Source of the DNA: a virus
Lineage: Duplodnaviria > Caudoviricetes
Reading direction: 5' to 3' (one strand)
IMG/VR virus record: IMGVR_UViG_3300034025_000005
Location: 1 to 26,963 of that record
Length of the DNA: 26,963 nucleotides
The number at the start of each line of letters is the position of its first letter. Within the stretch, counting starts at the first letter, position 1. Positions 23,559 through 26,963 of the stretch are shown here, in pieces. The translations under genes were made by a program, and so were the position numbers. Under the pieces are notes generated by a model. The model was not told where the DNA came from and made no database searches. It saw only the letters and a program-made list of their open reading frames with translations.

Positions 23559-24792
23559 TCGCGTTCCTTGTGAGTGTGCTTTGCAGCGACTCCGCTGCAG
23601 GGTCGTCTGACTTGGGTAGGTCCTGCAGATCGCGGACTTCGTTCGGCTTCATCCATGGCGCGCTGCCACCAGAGCCAAGTGCCTTAGCGAAGAAATCCGC
23701 TTGATCTTTGAGCGTGCCGCGCATGAGCGCTCGCTCGTTGAACTTGGCGTAGTAGATTTCGCGGTCCTTCTCGCTCAAGAGCTTGAGCGCGATCTCGTCT
23801 TCCCAAATATTGAACCAGTGCTGCAGTCCAAAATTCACGAAGAAGATGCCAAGCTGTTCGATGCCCGAGCCCCAGGAGGTGTCATCCATCATTAGGAGCG
23901 GACGCGGCACACCGAAGGCGCGGGCGATCTCTTCAATTTGGTGGTTCCGGCCTTCTTGCAGTTGCGAGTCGTTCGCCGTGTTGGCCCACTTGTCGGCTTT
24001 GATGCCATCCTCGAGCACCATCCACTTGTGCGCGTTCTGTGTGCCGGCGTACTTCTCTTCCAGGCTTTCGCGGATGTTCTTGATCTGCTGTTCGTTGAGC
24101 TTGTTCGGGTACGACAGTGCGCCGCCGGCCATCACGCCATTCTTGAATATGCGAGCAGCCGCCTTCTGTGCCTGCAGGGCCAGTCCGACTGACTCACGCG
24201 CCTTTTCGACGCGCGACATACCGATTAAGCCATGCTCATCGTCTGCCAGGTCAGCCAGGTGGAATACGTCACGAGCGGCCAGTACAACGAGCCCGCCGTT
24301 AGGCGACTGATACTCGTAGCGCACAGTGAAATCGTCGTTCAGGACTGGTTTTACCTTGCGCGAGTCCAGCGGAATCATCCGAACAACCGTATTGCCGCGC
24401 CAAATGACACGCGCGTACGCGTTCCCATGCAGCAGAGCGCGCAGTTGCATCGTGCTCTTGAACTTATAGGCACCTTGATACTCGTTCGGCCGCGATTTCA
24501 GCACCCGATACAGAGGATGCTCAGTCGCGTAGGCCTTCTCATCGCCGCGTGCCGTCAGATTCAGTGGCAGCATGCCGATCGACTCGGAAATCAGGCTGAC
24601 GCAGCGAAGGATCGCCATGTTTTCCAGCGCATTGGACGCTGACACGTACTCACCGCTGGCCGTTTCGCCACCACTGCGCATGTAGCCCATCAGATCGGCG
24701 CTAGTAAGGGCAGCGAATGTCTCGTTGGGGCCCGGGCTTGTCGGCGCAGCCCGCCAGTGCGCAGCAGCGGTCAGTGCGTCGAATAGTTCCAT
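23536..24792 (-). CDS. Portal protein, HK97 family, 418 aa
   Basis: CVSLISESIGMLP, HPLY..L..RPN, LLHGNAY, F.NG, EEIARAFGVP, NEVR. Confidence 0.96.
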   Translation of the reverse strand: MELFDALTAAAHWRAAPTSPGPNETFAALTSADLMGYMRSGGETASGEYVSASNALENMAILRCVSLISESIGMLPLNLTARGDEKAYATEHPLYRVLKSRPNEYQGAYKFKSTMQLRALLHGNAYARVIWRGNTVVRMIPLDSRKVKPVLNDDFTVRYEYQSPNGGLVVLAARDVFHLADLADDEHGLIGMSRVEKARESVGLALQAQKAAARIFKNGVMAGGALSYPNKLNEQQIKNIRESLEEKYAGTQNAHKWMVLEDGIKADKWANTANDSQLQEGRNHQIEEIARAFGVPRPLLMMDDTSWGSGIEQLGIFFVNFGLQHWFNIWEDEIALKLLSEKDREIYYAKFNERALMRGTLKDQADFFAKALGSGGSAPWMKPNEVRDLQDLPKSDDPAAESLQSTLTRNANVPAPTT

Positions 24793-24800
24793 GGGTTTCC

Positions 24801-26495
24801 TTAAAGCATAAGAATGCCGCGCTCTTCGTAGGCGGACTCTTGGGCAAATTCGCCGCTAATCGCTCGAGCAACGCCCATCAGACCGGCAACAATGCCGTCG
24901 ATCTTTTGTTCGGGCTTCTCTTTGCGCGGGTAGATGTTGTCTTTTGCGTCGAGCTTGGCAACTACGTTGGACGCCATCCAAGTCAGCACCGGGTTGCCAT
25001 CGTGATGAACGCGCCCAGCCTTCACGGCGCTTTCAAACTCTTTCATGGGCAGCGACAGGTTCTTGACCGTCTGCCCCAGCTCGACCGCGGTGATTCCATT
25101 CTTCGTCAAGCGCTGCTCCAGCTGTGCCGCGCGGTATGGGTCAAAGACGACTTCCTCCGGCCCGTACTCGGCCACGAGCGCTAAGGTGTCCTCCTCGATC
25201 AGATCGAAGTCGATCTCAGCCCCCTCGTGCTGCTGCAGGAAGCCTTCAATTACCCACTTCCGATAGGCGCCCGAGTTCTTCGGGTCGTTCTCGATGGCGT
25301 TTTCTGGCAAGTAGTAATTGCCGAACAGGTAGAAGTGCTGTTTCCCGTCGATCTCTTTCACGAACATGAGCATGATCACGCACACGTCCGAGCGACTAGC
25401 CAGGTCAAGCGTCACGTAGCACCGGCAGCCCTTGAATTGCTCCGGCCTCAGCCTGTAGTCCGCGCACCTGTTCCAGTCGAGGATGTTTAGCCAGGCAGAT
25501 TTCGCTGAGCACCATACGTTCAGGTGCTTCGTCTTGAAGCGCGTTTGTTTCGATGCGCTTTGCACTGCTTGACGCTGCTGACTGAGAAGAAAGTCCTCGT
25601 CGACAGACACGCCAAGATTCGGATTCGCCTTGTACAGCGCCTTCGGGTCATCCCACCGATCGTTATCGTCGATGGTGTAGATCAGGGCGAACAGCTCTTC
25701 ATTGTCGAGAACGCCGTCGAGCACCTTCTTTGCCTCGGACTCTTGGTCAAAGCATGGTCCAGCAATGTTGAAGCCGGCTGTCGTGATCATCAGCATGAGC
25801 GGTTGCTCACGCGAGCCCATGCCGGTCTCCATCGTGTCGACTAGGTCGCTCGAGTCGTGCTCGTGGTATTCATCCACGATCGCGCATGAAGGGCTGGAGC
25901 CATCACCAGGCTTGCCGATGACCGGCTCGAAGCGCGATCCATCGGTAGGATTGACTAGCGCCTTGGCCCAAACCTCTGCCCCGAGCGCATCACGCAGCTC
26001 AGGCGTGCGCTCGAGCATCTGCTTGGCCGGCCGGAAAACTTCCCACGCCTGCTTCTCTGTCCCGGCGCCGGCATACACTTCGGCGCCGAACTCGTTATCT
26101 GCGGCGAACATGTACAAGCCAATGCCCGAACCGATGATCGACTTGCCGTTCTTCCTCGGCACGGCAAAGTACGCTTTACGGTAGCGGCGGTGACCATCCT
26201 TCGTGCGCTTCCAACCGAACAGCGCGCAGAATGCGAAGCACTGCCACGGCTGCAGCACGATCAACTCGCGTTTCTGTGCCCATTTACCCTTCGTGTGCGG
26301 CATGAGCGACAGGAATTGGCATACCTTGTTCGCCGCGTCATCGTCAAAGTAGTACTTGGCATCGCGCTTTCTGGATACCTTGAGGTCGTCAAGATGACGC
26401 TTGCACGCCAAGCGGACCCATTTGCAGGCCACGATCTTCTTTTTAACGACCGCCTGTGCGTACTCCAGAGCGATGCCGACATAGTCGGCGGACAT
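24801..26495 (-). CDS. terL: Terminase large subunit, 564 aa
   Basis: LQPWQ, Walker A VPRKNGKS, Walker B AIVDEYHE, ITTAG, nuclease motifs LDLAS and KIDG. Confidence 0.97.
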   Translation of the reverse strand: MSADYVGIALEYAQAVVKKKIVACKWVRLACKRHLDDLKVSRKRDAKYYFDDDAANKVCQFLSLMPHTKGKWAQKRELIVLQPWQCFAFCALFGWKRTKDGHRRYRKAYFAVPRKNGKSIIGSGIGLYMFAADNEFGAEVYAGAGTEKQAWEVFRPAKQMLERTPELRDALGAEVWAKALVNPTDGSRFEPVIGKPGDGSSPSCAIVDEYHEHDSSDLVDTMETGMGSREQPLMLMITTAGFNIAGPCFDQESEAKKVLDGVLDNEELFALIYTIDDNDRWDDPKALYKANPNLGVSVDEDFLLSQQRQAVQSASKQTRFKTKHLNVWCSAKSAWLNILDWNRCADYRLRPEQFKGCRCYVTLDLASRSDVCVIMLMFVKEIDGKQHFYLFGNYYLPENAIENDPKNSGAYRKWVIEGFLQQHEGAEIDFDLIEEDTLALVAEYGPEEVVFDPYRAAQLEQRLTKNGITAVELGQTVKNLSLPMKEFESAVKAGRVHHDGNPVLTWMASNVVAKLDAKDNIYPRKEKPEQKIDGIVAGLMGVARAISGEFAQESAYEERGILML

Positions 26496-26496
26496 A

Positions 26497-26895
26497 TCAG
26501 GCCTTCTTCTGCCCCACCAGCGCCAAGAAAGGATTGACGACAGGAGCTTTAACTGACGAGACGCGTGACCGGTCGGCCGGCGTCATGCCAAGTGATGCGA
26601 GAGCCGTGCGGATCTGCGCCACCTGGGCCATCGACACGTCCGCGTCGTCCTGCGATCGGAACCTGGCAATGAGGCGCGCAGTCAACTCAACGGCGAGGCG
26701 GTCGGTAGCCTGCAGCACACTCGGCGGCAGGAGCGAAACGATTTCATCCCAAGCATCCTCTTGGCTTGGGCTGAAGTATTCTGGAGCCGACTTGTCGAAC
26801 GCCCCTGATTGGAAATCTTCGCGCGTACGATCAGGGTTGTGAGCGAAAGAGCCGCGGGCCTCAAGCACCGCGGAAGGGGTACGAGGCTTCGGCAT
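26497..26895 (-). CDS. terS: Terminase small subunit (P27-like), 132 aa
   Basis: GGAG RBS. MPKPRTP..V.E.RG...LGMTPADRSRV...NPF. Directly upstream of terL. Confidence 0.9.
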   Translation of the reverse strand: MPKPRTPSAVLEARGSFAHNPDRTREDFQSGAFDKSAPEYFSPSQEDAWDEIVSLLPPSVLQATDRLAVELTARLIARFRSQDDADVSMAQVAQIRTALASLGMTPADRSRVSSVKAPVVNPFLALVGQKKA

Positions 26896-26963
26896 ACACA
26901 TCTCCGGTCGAACTTTGAATTGGGGATATAAGAATTGAACGGAACAGGCGGTCTAGGTCCCGG

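Larger units (their letters stand above)
1..26963. mobile_element. Temperate HK97-like siphophage genome segment (attP form)
   Basis: Continuous phage gene content with no host genes. Complete head-tail-lysis operon converging on int/attP. Confidence 0.95.

Noticed and set aside
1-26963. CRISPR array, IS element, intron or intein
   Set aside because: No regularly spaced repeats or transposase were seen, and terL, portal and MCP have normal uninterrupted lengths.

Overview
A 27-kb segment of a temperate HK97-like siphophage (~60% GC by eye; protein families suggest a betaproteobacterial host, possibly Oxalobacteraceae - inference). The + strand at left carries small early genes, xis and a tyrosine integrase. 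These are followed by an intact attP, a 28-bp copy of a tmRNA/tRNA-Ala-type 3' end with phage genes on both sides, so this is probably the excised or virion form. The - strand carries the late operon, read from the right: terS, terL, portal, ClpP protease, major capsid, a small capsid-associated ORF, a 691-aa beta-helix protein inside the head module, head-tail and tail genes, a frameshifted tail chaperone, tape measure, a very short tail-tip module, a second beta-helix protein and the lysis cassette (holin-like, lambda-R endolysin, holin, Rz/Rz1). Most notable: (i) a promoter- and terminator-bounded ~100-nt three-hairpin RNA with twin CUGCAAC loops after the lysis genes; (ii) a P22 immI-like arc/mnt-rha island with operators, a sar/SymR-like antisense RNA and a tandem-repeat protein that may be an antirepressor; (iii) a putative capsid-borne depolymerase; (iv) a LITAF-like zinc/membrane moron.
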